NCBI RefSeq assembly: GCF_024521635.1
Contig: NW_026250422.1
Location: forward strand, 372,001-436,000
Reading direction: 5' to 3'
DNA: 64,000 bases
Source: Tricharina praecox
Lineage: Eukaryota
Below the pieces are notes generated by a model. It searched no databases. It was given only the letters and a program-made list of their open reading frames with translations, and was not told the DNA's origin. Made by a program: the position numbers and the translations under genes. Shown here piece after piece: positions 12,173 through 24,779 of this stretch. Within the stretch, counting starts at the first letter, position 1. Every line of letters begins with the position of its first letter.

Positions 12173-13226
12173 GATACTTTGATGATCGAGTGCTGGAATC
12201 GCGGGTTTTAATGCTTTGTCGTGAGTGGGTGAGTGAGTGCTATGACATGTGGTTTTCGGTCGTGGTTGAACTCCAGGTTACACATTGAACCAGAGACCTC
12301 GACTGTATGTAGACAGGAAACGGAGATAAAAGTGTATGTCGCCATAGTCTAGGTATATCGATTGAGAGAGAGATCTTCAATTTATTTCGCAGTATATCAA
12401 TTATGTACGGGTATTGAAATAAAAAAGTAAACTGCAGGTAATAACTACTATCTCCGGCAATATTCCAACCCCCTCAACCTCCCCCTCAATCGATGAGATT
12501 ACCACCTATCGAAACTGACTCTCGACTTACTAGTACTCCAAATAAATGCGGTCTGCCAACACCAGACAACGGGCTCGCCACCAGATCACACCTAGAGTGG
12601 TTCTCGGCGGCGCATTTGGCTGGATGTTTTATAAACCGATCGAGTTTTTATCTATAGCAGGAGACATAGTCCACTAATTGCTGCTGGGGGAGGAGATGTT
12701 TACTCCGTCAGGGTGGCCCTGATTGTGGACTGTAGTCCTGTGCAATCCGTGGGAAGATCTTATCAGAGGTCCGGACGGCGCACGGTATCGCCGCTCGGTG
12801 AGGTTCAATAGCCCCGCGAGGCAATTACTAGACCTTCCTTCACCATCTACGAGTGAATCTCGCCAGCCTCAAGCCCTTATATACCTATTGAAGCTTATCC
12901 TCAAGCCTGGGGCACCAACACGCCTATCAAAACCCCCACGCCCACCCACTTCTCTTCTCCCCTTTTCTTCGTCCCTTCATCATACAGATCTCACGCTCAC
13001 AAGAATCTCGACGTCAAATTCAATACAAAATTTGATTATCAAACGTTGACGAGTACCATCTCAGGTAAGTACCAGGAACAGCCAATACGTTGTGCCTCAC
13101 CACTATTTCGAATCATAAGCACAAGGTGAGGCACCACATACCCTTAGTTACACCCGAGTACTATATCCGTCTTATCACAAATACTCACTCGCAAATAATG
13201 AATGCTAACCCAGACACCTACCAGCG

Positions 13227-13705
13227 ATGTCCCCTCAGAAACACAACTACAACCTCCGCAAGCGCGCTGCAAAGGCCGCTGCCGCCACGCCGCAAGGCCG
13301 CAAGGCCCGCAAAGTACATAATTACAATCTGCACTCCTGGTTATCACGTTACATCAACCAACACCGGGCGTACAGACCTCCAAGGCCACTGGCAACGGCA
13401 TTTCCAAAACCGCCCGCACCGCCCCAAAGACCATCTACTACACCGTCAAGACCAGCACGATGGCCCGCCTTGCGGAGATGGAGTTCGCCGTGAACACCAC
13501 GCTCGTCGAGGGTGTGCGCTTCTACCGCCTGCCTGACGGCTCGAAACGCGCCCCACGCGGCGTGGTGGTCATGAAGATCTCCATCCCCGCTGGCGTTGAG
13601 GGCGGCGAGTGGCCTGATGAGATAGACTTTGAGGAGATCCGCGGGGAGGAGGAGGTGGAGCGCCAGGCGGAGGCGGAAGCGGAGGAGAGTGATTGTCAGA
13701 GCTAG
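13227..13705 (+). CDS. CaaX-family copy C, open ~138 aa but 3'-truncated (no CaaX, no hairpin); exons 13227..13313 and 13376..13705
   Basis: MSPQKHNYNLRKR start; phase-0 intron GTACAT...TACAG; core homologous to copy B; ends EESDCQS*. Confidence 0.65.
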
Positions 13706-14589
13706 AAAATCCGCATTTTAAGGATACATTGACCGAAAACGAGCTACGGTCCAAGGAACACACCGATCAGGTTGCATCTGTAGTAGGATAGTCCACTAAT
13801 TCCTGCTGGGGAGATGTTTACTCCGCCATGATGGCCCTAGATCTATGTAGTCCTGTGCAATCTGTATGCATAGGAAGATTTAATCAGAGTTCCGGACGGC
13901 GCGAGCGGTATGTATCGCTGCCCGGTGAGATTCATCCGTTCTCGGTTCCTATATTGCTTGGTCCTATGATATATCATATGCTAATGATATGTGCAGGCCC
14001 CCATCCGACAGCTTCTATTACGGTACGTCACTACGAGAGCTATTTTCGGTGGGTGTTTTATACAGCAATAACTACTTCAATATTCAGATATGACGGCGGC
14101 GGCCCTCTAGTCCTGTGCAATCCGTGGGAAGATCTTATCAGAGGTCCGGATGGCGCGAGCGGCATGCATCGCCGGTCGGTGAGACTCAATAGCCCGCGCG
14201 ACGCCATTACTAGACCATCTCTCACCATCTGTCATTGAGTCTCGCCAGCCTCAGATACCTATTGAAGCTTATCTCAAGCCTGAGGCACCAACACACCCAT
14301 CAAAACCCCCACACCCACCCACTTCTCTTCTTCTCTTGTATTCACCACACACTTCCGACGCTCAAACAACTCTCAGCTCCAAATCCAACGCCAAATTGAT
14401 ATCGAACGTTGACAAGCACCATCTGAAGTAAGTACTAGGAACAGCCAATAAGTCACGCTTCACCACCGTCACGAATTATAAGCGCAAGGTGAGGCACCAC
14501 TTACCCTTAGTTATACCCGAGGATTATATCCGTCTTATCACATAAACTCACTCGCAAATAACGAGTGCTAACTCGAGTACCTACCATAG

Positions 14590-15231
14590 ATGTCTCCTCA
14601 GAAGCACAATTACAACCTCCTCAAGCGCGCCGCAAAGGCCGCTACTACCATGCCCCCAAGGTACATAATCACAATCCGCACTCCTAGTTATCACATTACA
14701 TCAACCAACACCGGGCGTACAGACCTCCAAGGCCACTGGCAACGGCATCTCCAAGACTGCCCGCACCGCCCTCAAGCTGACCAACATCTACTACGCCGCC
14801 AAGCCCAGCACGATGGCACGCCTTGCGGAGATGGAGTTCTCCGTGCACACCACGCTCGTCGAGGTTGTGCGCTTCTACCGCCTGCCTGGAGGCTCGAAAC
14901 GCGCCCCAAACGGCGTGATGGTCTTGAAGATCTCCATTTCCGCGGACGTTGAGGGCGGTGAGTGGCCCGAGGAGATGGATTTGCTGGAGGTCGGTGGGGA
15001 GGAGAAGATCGGTGGGGAGGGGGGGGAGGAGGACAGGGGGAGGGACAGGAGGAGGTGGAGGTGTGCCAGGAGGCGGAGCATGAGAAGAAGCTGGAACAGC
15101 AGCTACCAGAGCAGCGGCTAGAGAAAGAACAGCAGGAGGAGGAGGAAGCCGAGAAAGCGGAGGAAGCGGAGGAGAAGCAGGAGGAGGGACAAGCGGGAAA
15201 CACCAGCCGCCTCAGCTGCATCAATATGTAG
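14590..15231 (+). pseudogene. CaaX-family copy D, frameshifted; tail QAGNTSRLSCINM*
   Basis: Exon 1 is 71 nt (out of phase with exon 2 at 14723). A second frameshift lies in the G-rich tract near 15010-15050. Confidence 0.78.
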
Positions 15232-15247
15232 AAAAAACAGTTTTAGT

Positions 15248-15304
15248 AGTAACCACCGTTTGGGGCGGGTTTACTTTTAGTAAATCCCTGCAATGGTAGT
15301 TACT
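15248..15304 (+). other. Conserved 57-nt 3' stem-loop, copy D
   Basis: AGTAACCACCGTT...AATGGTAGTTACT with inner TTTACT-TTT-AGTAAA, 16 nt after the stop. Confidence 0.75.
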
Positions 15305-16100
15305 TCTTATTTACTTTCTTTTCCATCTTCTTTCCTTTCCTTTTTTGCTTCTCGCGACTCCGCATCCGAAGCTGCTGCGGCGTGTGGTTGAATTGGTATA
15401 CGAGTGATGGCGAGACATACACAGTACCTGTAGTATGTACCAACCTGCCATAACTCCAACGCTTTGGTTTGGATCACACTTGTAGTTGTAGACTTGTTCC
15501 CACTGCCTCAGTCTGACTCCAGCCATCCAGCATCTACACATTCCACCCCTTTGACACATTCCGGCCAGTGGCGTACCGGTACCTATCACATAACCCAGCC
15601 TGCATGGCAGCAGCACACATTCGAACCGTCAGAAGTGAGTGAAACGGCCCATGCCGAAGCAGCGAAGCTCTCCTCCTCAGTTCGTCGCTTAAGTGTGTTT
15701 GTTAGCCCGCTGCCCGACGAGAGCAAGCCGTGACTTGTGGAACGAGGCGGTTGGCTGATGTGGAGGAATCGTGGGGAGGGGGAGCCTGCTGTAGCCTGAG
15801 GTAGTGCAGCATTCCGGGGTGCGCATTGACAGAAGCCTGGTTCACGGGCCATGTAGCGATAACTAACGCAGGTTTGGAAGTTGGAACGAGTTAACGCTCT
15901 ATGAGTCTATGTGCACAAAGGCCTAATTAAGCCTTAACATGTCATTATCAACTTGGAGACCACGGCTGCGTCCTCGCCCCACATCCTAACCCCCACCTCA
16001 CAATCCCTCACGGCCAAAGCTCCTCAGCACCCGCCATCCATCAAAACAAAAGCGAACACGGCATTTGCAAAACAAATGACAAAAGAAAATCTTGATCAGA

Positions 16101-16192
16101 TGATTCAGCCGGGATTTGAACCCGGGTCGGGCGCAGAATGCTAATGCAAGATGCAATGGCAAGCGCCCATGATACCCCTACACTACTGAATC
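16101..16192 (-). tRNA. tRNA with GCC (Gly) anticodon, 21-nt intron 16136-16156, atypical acceptor stem
   Basis: Cloverleaf: GATTCAG/CTGAATC, GGCGC-TTGCCA[intron]T-GCGCC, CCGGG-TTCAAAT-CCCGG, A73; T-runs downstream. Confidence 0.9.
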
Positions 16193-16545
16193 GAGTGATG
16201 TTCTTTGGTTTTATCTTTTGAACATGATGACTGTAGCTTACCTCCGCTCGTAATCCTGTGATGGAAATCATAAATATTCCGTATCCGACCTCGTGGGTGA
16301 TGGGAGTCATGGCTTCTAAGTTCTGAGGCGTAATTGTGGAACCTTCGAGAAAGAAGGATACCTACGGCACTCTCATCGTCCTCTGCTAGGTATCTCCACA
16401 TCTGCAGGCTTGCCAATACCGGTAATGAACAGTGGTTCTATATTGTATTCTGGGGCAAACCTTGTGACTCGCCTCGGTATCTAACTATCAATTTCCCACC
16501 GAAATTCAATCGGTACATCGGGAACGGGTGTCCGCCAGTCGAGCA

Positions 16546-18218
16546 TTACAGGAAAGAGAAAAAGCGCAGAGCAGTAAGACCCTCATATTTCCTTGTACAG
16601 AAAGAACCGGAGATCAAAACACCAGGTAACTGAACCCCAACGCCCACAACACGAGAATTCAGAACCGTGTCTGAAACTCTCGCACAATAGAAATATGATC
16701 TTGTACCCCAGCAGTAACTTGTAAGCAACTACTGTCCAGCGGCAGGGATGATCATAAAGTCGGGTACCTCATTCTCAATCGCAACATCGGTCTTCTTCCA
16801 AGTTCTCCTGGCCTTGGTTGGCTTCGCCGGCATCAGAACATAAGCCGAATACAGAGAATCATCCTTGAGACCATCGGCAGCAGCAACCTTCATGATACGA
16901 TCAAGGGCCACGCTGCGAGGGAAGTTCGAGGGAAGTTCAAAGGATCTTCATTGCTCTTGTGGAGGAATCTAGATAATGGTCAATTTAACATCATCACCGT
17001 TGCTGGACTGGTAATACTGACACCATAGTCCAAGTGAAAATTTTCCTGTTAGTCTTGCGTTAACCTTTTACAAGATTCCCCATTGCTCCGCTAGGTAGTG
17101 CTCCACAATAATTGATTATTCATTCTTGTCGAAGAATGTGGAAATAGTGTGAATGGTGTAGTCGTTGACTCCCAGACTGCACTCAATTTTGGTGAGGGTG
17201 AAAATTACGACAAGAAAATTGGCGGTAGTTGTTGGGGTTTGTGGCTGTGAGTCTGGAAGTAAACCGGCCGTAAAGTGTCATGTTCCGGTAGTTGAGGAAG
17301 TGCGGCGTTGCGGTTCGGGCACTTCGCGGTGATCTCCATACGGCCCGGCCAAGCATCCTCACAAACTTCCATATCTAACTAAAGCAGCTAGGTCTCTTCA
17401 AGCCGTCGGGCCTCCCCATATGTACAAGGAAGATCATGTGGGTCCTCGGCATTCTTGTATTTGGAAGGGGAGTCGGGGAACTGTTCGGGCCCATTCGATA
17501 TGGTATTCATTCTCGTCTCGAGCAAGTTTCAGAGCTGCTGACCCGAATTGACGAGGATGAGTACAATTGTCAGCTGGTCGCCCAGAGCGGGGATTGCTTG
17601 GTCGTTGAGCTGTCGATCGGCTTGGTCCATATCGCGCTTCCGTCGCCCTGAGCTGTGCGATGTTTTCCTTGATGGGATCGGGGTCGGAACAACCCACTTG
17701 ACCAACCGATGGAATGGCGGTGTCGGCGGCAAACAAGTACCGTACCAGGATGGTAGGTCAGTGGTGCTTCACCTTGCGCTCATAATTTATAAAGGTGGTG
17801 AGGCACGACTTATTGGCTGTTCCTGGTACATAAGCCACTGAATATTGGCAACTAAGAGGGTCTGTCGTAACTGGATGTTGTCGGCCCGCTCGGCGACGAC
17901 AAGATCCATCGCCGATCCCGAATCCCGAATCCACAGTCCATGCGGACAAACTACGCCTCTGTAATAGGTATCGAAGACAACAGAGGAGGTAGTCAACTTT
18001 CTCGCGAGTCGGTTTGAACTGTTCTCCGCCTTCAGAAGGAATGTACCGACCGACAGGGTAGTTGGTCTCAACGTAAATAGCTGGCGAGATCCGCCGGCGG
18101 TATTCGGCAGCGTGCTCGTCAAGCGGTTTTCGGTCGGTCATCTTCTGGATGCGAATCAAGTCCGTAAGTCCTTGCGCTTCTTCTTTATGCTCATCTCATC
18201 GAGCTTGCAGTGTTGTCA
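16546..18218 (-). pseudogene. Degenerate coding region of unknown family
   Basis: ORFs 17758..18159 and 17434..17736 share a frame split by one stop. ORFs 16729..16911 and 16546..16728 abut in one frame. A further coding-like stretch with a stop lies at ~17070-17340. Boundaries approximate. Confidence 0.45.
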
Positions 18219-19516
18219 TCCTTGTCGTCGTCTTCGGCTTATGCTCTGGATAGTTCGAGAGTGGCTGTGGCAAGGCTTAATGAGGAAAGAGTGCTGCGGG
18301 TATGTATGGCTGGCCACAGTGGGCTGGTAGGTAAGTGCGTATGTGTGGAGAGAAGGAGGGGATTATTCAGGAGGACGAACGCGGGTTTTATAGTGGAGAG
18401 GAAGGCACCGGCGATAAGAGGTTTTAAATTCATTCCAAAGTATTCCAGCATGTTCTTTCCATTGTGGCCCTGCTACTCTACGCGTCCGCAAGCACCGCGC
18501 GAGTAGGATGGAATGAACCCGCCATAGAAAGGAAGAATACCCCCGTATGGCTCCCGAATACGATACTCCCGCCGCCGAGAAGTCGATCAACTGGGTTCCC
18601 GCACCTTCCGCGCTGATCCGCCGAGAACTGTGCCAGTACCGTAAGCCAATAACGTCGAGGAACCCATAAAGGCTCCAACTTCCGCCCACTCAAAAGGCTG
18701 TTTGCTTGGAAGTTGGGAATTGCCGTCACAAACATCGGCAACTACCTATTCCTTGGAACCACCAGTTGATTGGTATGTGAGAGCATAATACAAGCCCCAA
18801 AGCTGTCTTCGATGCACAGACATGCATCATCTGCACCCTGGTTCACAAGCCACAATCCATGATCGCAGCCCGCAGCCACATGTATCTACCACCACCAGAA
18901 ACCAAAATACGAAGGTGTCAAAAACATATAGAGTGAGACATGGGGATGGATAGATAGGCGACAACACTGTTGGCTGTTCTATATATTTCTCGTCGGGCGG
19001 AAAAGCCCCTCTTTATACACATATGCTCACTCGATTCGAGCCAGAATTCTCTTGCGATCCAAGGCTTCCGATGCGCAAACGGTCCATCGGTGTTCATAGC
19101 CAGCTCCGCCGATATCATAAAAAGTATAGAACCTTCAGGATCGATAGATTTCGAGAACGCCGAGGTCTGGAATTCTTGCGAAGACGCGAGCGGAGTGCGC
19201 CAAAGACTTCTCCATTTCGACCTAGCCTGCTGGACTTTGATGTGACTTGCGTCTAGGCTTGAAGCTCCCAGACGCCGGCTGCGCTCGTGGGGCCGAGTGA
19301 TAAACCCTAACATAGAATATCACTTGCCATCGCAAACTCGGCAGCTAGTATCGCGACTGCGAAGCTCAGTTCGACCCTCAGTGCTGCCAACAATTTATCC
19401 TCTCCCTCCCTCCTCGTTCCTCCCTCCTCCTTAAGTCCTCCCGCATCTTCTTCCACCATCCACCATTCTTATCACCATCCACCAATCTTATCGCCGCAAA
19501 AACCACCACCCGCACC

Positions 19517-20071
19517 ATGTTGCCCTACAACCAACCATACAACTATCCGCAGCAGCCGCAGGCGTTGAGGCCTTTGGGCGTCAACCAGCAGCAGGAGCAG
19601 CCGTTGCTCAGCACGCTTCTCGCGGAGCTTGAAACGTCACAGGCGCAACAGAAACAGGTGAGTGCGAGCGTATTTCGGCAGGCGAGTGCACGAATCCAGC
19701 AGCTAAAGGAAGCGGCAGCAGCAGCAGCCGGCACCGGTGGCGCTCCAGCCATGGCAGCAACGGGTGAAGGAACGGGAGCAGAATAATGCGGCGCAGCAGA
19801 ATGCGTACCGGCAGAAGCAACAGTCGTTTCCCAATGCGTTCGTCCAGCAGCAGCGGTTTGGACAACAGCAGAAGCAGTATGGACAGCAGCAGCAGCTTGG
19901 ACAACAGCAGCAGACTGGACATCTTCAGCAGGTGTATCAACAGCGTATGGACCTCAAGCGCAAGCAGCCGCACCATGGTCCACAGTCGCAGGTCGGAAAG
20001 ATCCAGCAGTTCGGTCAGCAGCAGAAGCTTCAGCATCACCAGCGGCCGTATTACCAGCAGAAGATGAAGCC

Positions 20072-20125
<54 letters not shown>

Positions 20126-20922
20126 GCAGCTGAAGCGTGACGCACCACAGACATCGATAGACACCACCTACCTAGACTCCGAGGTCAACCGCCTCAACAA
20201 GCTCATCGAACTCTGCACAAAGCTGTACATGTCCACGCTGCCGCTCCTCCCGCAGCAGCGCCGGCCGCAGCACCAGGTTATGTGCAACAACCTGGCAGCC
20301 TTTGGGCGTCTGTGCATCCCCAACAAGGACGACCCCGCGCTGCCGTTGCGGCAGCAGGTGTATGCAACGCTGAAGGAGGCGGCGGTTATGGGAAAGGTTG
20401 CTGATATTATTCACATCCTTTGTAAGTAACGCTCTATCCCCCTTCCGACAGCGGGAAGGCTGACCGAGTGATGTGCAGTGGAAATCAACAGATACCGCAA
20501 CCGCCAGCGGACCGACGAGGCGATGGCTGTGCTCCGAGAGGCCGGGCACATGCTCACTATCCCCGCGATCACCTCGGTGATCACTGCGGCTGATAATCCC
20601 AATCTGAAGTGGTGAGCATCCCCCATTCCCATCTCTAAGCCGATGACTGACACCCCGTAGTCCGCAATTCGATCGCGCGACGAATTCTATGCGCTTCCAT
20701 ATCGTCTGCGGACTAGTGGAGACTTATGTCGCTGTACTCGGTATTAACGAGGCGATTTGGCGGTGGAAGCAGATGTATTTGGAGTCGATGGGGGAGGAGC
20801 AGCTGCTGATGACTTATGGCGGTTGTGTTCGTGCGGGTCCCAAGAAGGAAGAGAAGAGAGAGACGGATGGTTATGTCCAGGCCAGGGATGATGATGAGGA
20901 TGGTTATGAACCCAATCTCTAA
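19517..20922 (+). CDS. Glutamine-rich hypothetical protein, 4 exons
   Basis: Introns from 19658 (GTGAGT), 20422 (GTAAGT) and ~20612 (GTGAGC) join ORFs 19517, 19737 and 20689 in frame. Confidence 0.7.
20073..20123 (+). repeat. (CAG)17 coding poly-Gln tract
   Basis: Perfect trinucleotide run in frame. Confidence 0.95.
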
Positions 20923-21266
20923 ACTTTCACAGAAAGTGCATAACCGCCTGGCAATTGTCAGGTTTACTATGATAGCTGTAGAGTAGTGCGAGCAGCAAAT
21001 GATAGTGAGTGAATTGAGTTGATTGGTCCAACTGGAAGTCGAAGTGTATATAAAGCAGCAGCAGGGCATGTGTGCTGGAGTTCTGATCTGCGAGGCCTCC
21101 ACTATGCATATCAATCGCCATACTTCTTATCAGATCTTTGCTTACGTCTTCTTTATTCTACCCTTCAATGCACCATGGAGTCCCAGACACAGTGGCCCCG
21201 CTCTTGAGGCTGCCTTTCACGGCCCATCCACCATGGCACGCTCAGCGACCAGTCATTGTACATCGT

Positions 21267-22035
21267 TCAGGTTCTCATCTGTCCTCTATTGAACACCTCC
21301 GCGCTCGAGTCCTTGATATGGTACAGTACCTCCCTCTCCCCACCAGCACCGGCACCCGTGACCCTCAAAACCCCGCTAACGTCGTTTGCCATCCCCGTGT
21401 CCAGCATCCTCAGACTCGTCACGTTAGTCGCCTGGTGCGCAAGCGTCGTCACGAACGCAGCGTTCTCTTTCTCCAATCTGCAAGCATTCCTGGAGACGAG
21501 TGCGGAGTCGGCATTCACCAGTATCGCTGTCGCAAATACGAGCTAGCCTAATCGTCAGCAAACGCAAGGACTGGGAGAGAGGGGGGATGCGAACCTGATG
21601 CCACTCCAGTATCTCAGCCACCAACTCCATAGCCCCTACACCTCCCGCAGCAAGAAGCACATCCGGGCTCTCGAGTACGAGTATCACCCTTCCCTTTGCC
21701 TCGCCACCGATGCTCTCCACCACATCCTCAATCCTGTGACGCACCTCTTCCGCCCATCCCTTCACACCCAGCACGCCCTTCTTGGGTCGAAACAACCCCG
21801 TGAGCCCATCGACGAAGACGTAACGTGCATCCTCGCGCGGAAGCGCCTTGCGGTGGAATGTAGCGTCGTGGAGGAATGAGATGTGGACGACGGTGGTGCT
21901 GGTGGGACGTAAGAGGAGGTGAGAAATGAGGGATTGGGTGTACCAGCTTCCTGAGGCGCCGAGAATGCTGGTGATGAGGCTGAGCGAGGAGGGGCTGGTG
22001 AGTTGGGGCGTGAGGAGGTCGGCGAGGAGCGACAT
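21267..22035 (-). CDS. ELP6: Elongator complex subunit Elp6; intron 21543-21594
   Basis: LITSILGASGSW, FVDGLTGLF, LDTGMANDVSGVLRVT and EVLYHI motifs typical of fungal Elp6. Confidence 0.85.
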
Positions 22036-23803
22036 TGCGGCGGACGCGTGCGGCGTGGCGACGTGAGCGGACACTTGCGGCGTGAGCGGACACTTGAGAC
22101 GTGGGGCTAAGTTTAGTATGCTAGACTTTAGTGGTGGGGTAGATGACGCACGTGGGAACCAGCCTCAGCCTTCCCACCGCCCACGCAAGCATCCGCGCGG
22201 CTACCGGGGGCGTCTGCAAGTCGAAACTGGCGATTCGATGTTGAAATTTGCCGCGCCCATGGTTGCTAACTATAACAAGGCTACCTCGAGACATTCCAAC
22301 TATAGCATAGTAGCGTCGGAGGGCTACCTACCTTTAATGTCATAGGTCTACCGTACTCCAGTTGGTACATATCGTATTACCATTCTTACTACCAACAACT
22401 ACCGTAATCACCTGGTCCAGACTCTCGTCGACGTCCTAGAACCGGCTATTGTCACGGTTGAGGAATGCCGGCAATTGCGCGGGCGAACTTAGAACACTAG
22501 ACTCCACAGCCTTCGCCCGGTGGTCCACAGCCTTGCGGCGGTAACCACGCAAACCCCACGAACCGGACCCGAAAGCCAAGTTTAGAGTAGATGGTACATA
22601 CATTATACACCCACTCTCCGCCCACCCGGCACGCCAACACTGCGGAGGCTGACGTGATATCGGTACCCGCGGCCATGACCTAACACACGCCCGGTGTGCA
22701 TCCTGACGCAACCGGCGACAACAACGCGGGCGGCAGCAGCAGCAGCAGTTCAGATTGGAGGATTTTCTCGGTAGTGGCTGGAGCTGCCTTTTGTTTCGGG
22801 GGAAGGGGGAAACAAAATAATGAATAGTGAATAATATGCTCACACACAACTAACTACCGGTGGACCGCATCGACGATCGAAGGGGGGCGGAAACTTATTC
22901 GAACGGATAGTTACGGTCCACCGAGCTGAGCGCAGTAAGGTCGAAGGAACGACCTCAACCTCAACTTTTTTTACCTACATCACACTTGGTTACTTCCGAC
23001 TCGCCGGCGTCGGTCCGGATCCAACTTTGCAAGGCCGAAGGAAATCACTTTTAGTGGTAGGTATGGAATAAAGTTACCTACATACATCGATACCGTGTCC
23101 ACTCTTGCATGCAATGTGCATCCATCCACATGGCTGGTTTCACAAGCTGTCACTTAAATAGCATATCTCGGTACAGAGTGCTCTCACTCTCACTCTCATC
23201 CTCGATCACCTCGGCTCCAAACCGGTCATGCACGCACGTACGCACGCACAAACACGGCCGATTATTCTTCCTCTCGCTCGCTCGCTCGGTACCGTCGAAT
23301 CAATCATCATAGCCGAGCTTCCGGCTGATTCGCATCTCCCCATGATGTTGCACGAAGAAAATCCTCGCTGCAATCACCTATTGCACGGATGAGGCACAGG
23401 CAAGCAGGCTTGAGCGAGGGAGCGGTGAGCACGCGGTGAGGTAATCGGTGCATATGGAACAGATTTAAGTACATAGCTGTCCTTTGAAGTTTGAAGTCGT
23501 TCCTCCCCCCCCCCCCCCTACGTTGTGACCGGTACACATGGCGATGACCTGATACACGGGGTGCAGCCTTGTTTAGAGAGGAGACCTCTGCCTCCACTTC
23601 GAAACCGCCATGTGGCGCGGCGTGGTGAGATCCCTCCCCCACAGTCCCAGTCTCAGTCCCGACTCCCAGTGCCAGTACGTAACCACGGATGGTTTCCAGA
23701 AGCCTGAAAGAAGTGGAGTTCACACATAGCTACCGTACCTGGCCTGTATGTATGCACCCCTGATCGTGTTGGTAACCAAGTACATATCCCAACTTCCCTG
23801 GTA

Positions 23804-24779
23804 TGGTTGGGGACATCTAGTGCTGGAGTAAGTGGACATTCGGATCAGGGGAATTAAAATCCAAATGCGGTAATACATTAGCATTTATTAAGTTTATTTA
23901 ATCTTTTTTTTCCCAGGCGTCCGCAGCCAACTGGCCCCGCCGGGAACGAAAATCAAAATATTGCGGCCAGTTATTGCTCGTTTTCTTCAATAAAACACAC
24001 CTCTGAACTGCACTGTTGCGCTTGTTCCATCAGTTGGATTGTTCCACCGGTCTGTCGCCGCTGACCAGGCGGCCGCAGCTAACTCCAGAGCTCCATGGCC
24101 CCGCCGGGACCGAAAATCACAATATCTCCGCCAGTTCTTGCCCGTTTTCTTCGATAAAACACTCCTCTGGATCGCACGAGCACGCTCATTCCATCGATTC
24201 CATTCTCCACAGGTCTGTCACCATTAACCGCGCTTCTGCAGCCCACTCCACAGCTTCAGAAGTTCAGCGCTCCACAGCCCCACCGAGACCGAAAATCACA
24301 ATTTCTCGGCCAGTTCTTGTCGATTTTCCAAGGCGCAGATATACAAAGCTCATCAACAGGTTAGCGATCAACTGGAATAGTATCAAATTTGTAGGTAATT
24401 GTTTTCTATTTATGTACATAATATTCTTTGTCACAACAATTAGTGACCATATTGTGCTGCCAAGATGTCCAGATCGGGTAATCAGGCGTGCCAAGACTGC
24501 CTAATGGGGAACTCAGCCGTGCTAAGACTGGGCTGTGGCAGCCTTGCCCCTGGACATTCCCGGGGCCTCCCCATACTAAATCATTTTTCGTCTATTTATT
24601 TTGGATTTTGGTTGCCACTCAACCACAACGCTTAAAAAAATCGGGCTCTTTGAAAATTACCTCCTTCCTCTTCTCTATCGCTGTAAGAGCTCTTTTTTTA
24701 TTAATTAGGTTGTTGTTGTGAGCTAACCGAACGTCAAAAGTGGGGGTGCTTTCATTCCGGAACTAGATGTCCCCAACCA
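23804..24779. mobile_element. Non-autonomous TIR DNA element with TA target duplication (Tc1/mariner-type)
   Basis: TA|TGGTTGGGGACATCTAGT...ACTAGATGTCCCCAACCA|TA; 18-bp perfect TIR extending imperfectly; three internal direct repeats at ~23940, 24105 and 24285. Confidence 0.85.
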
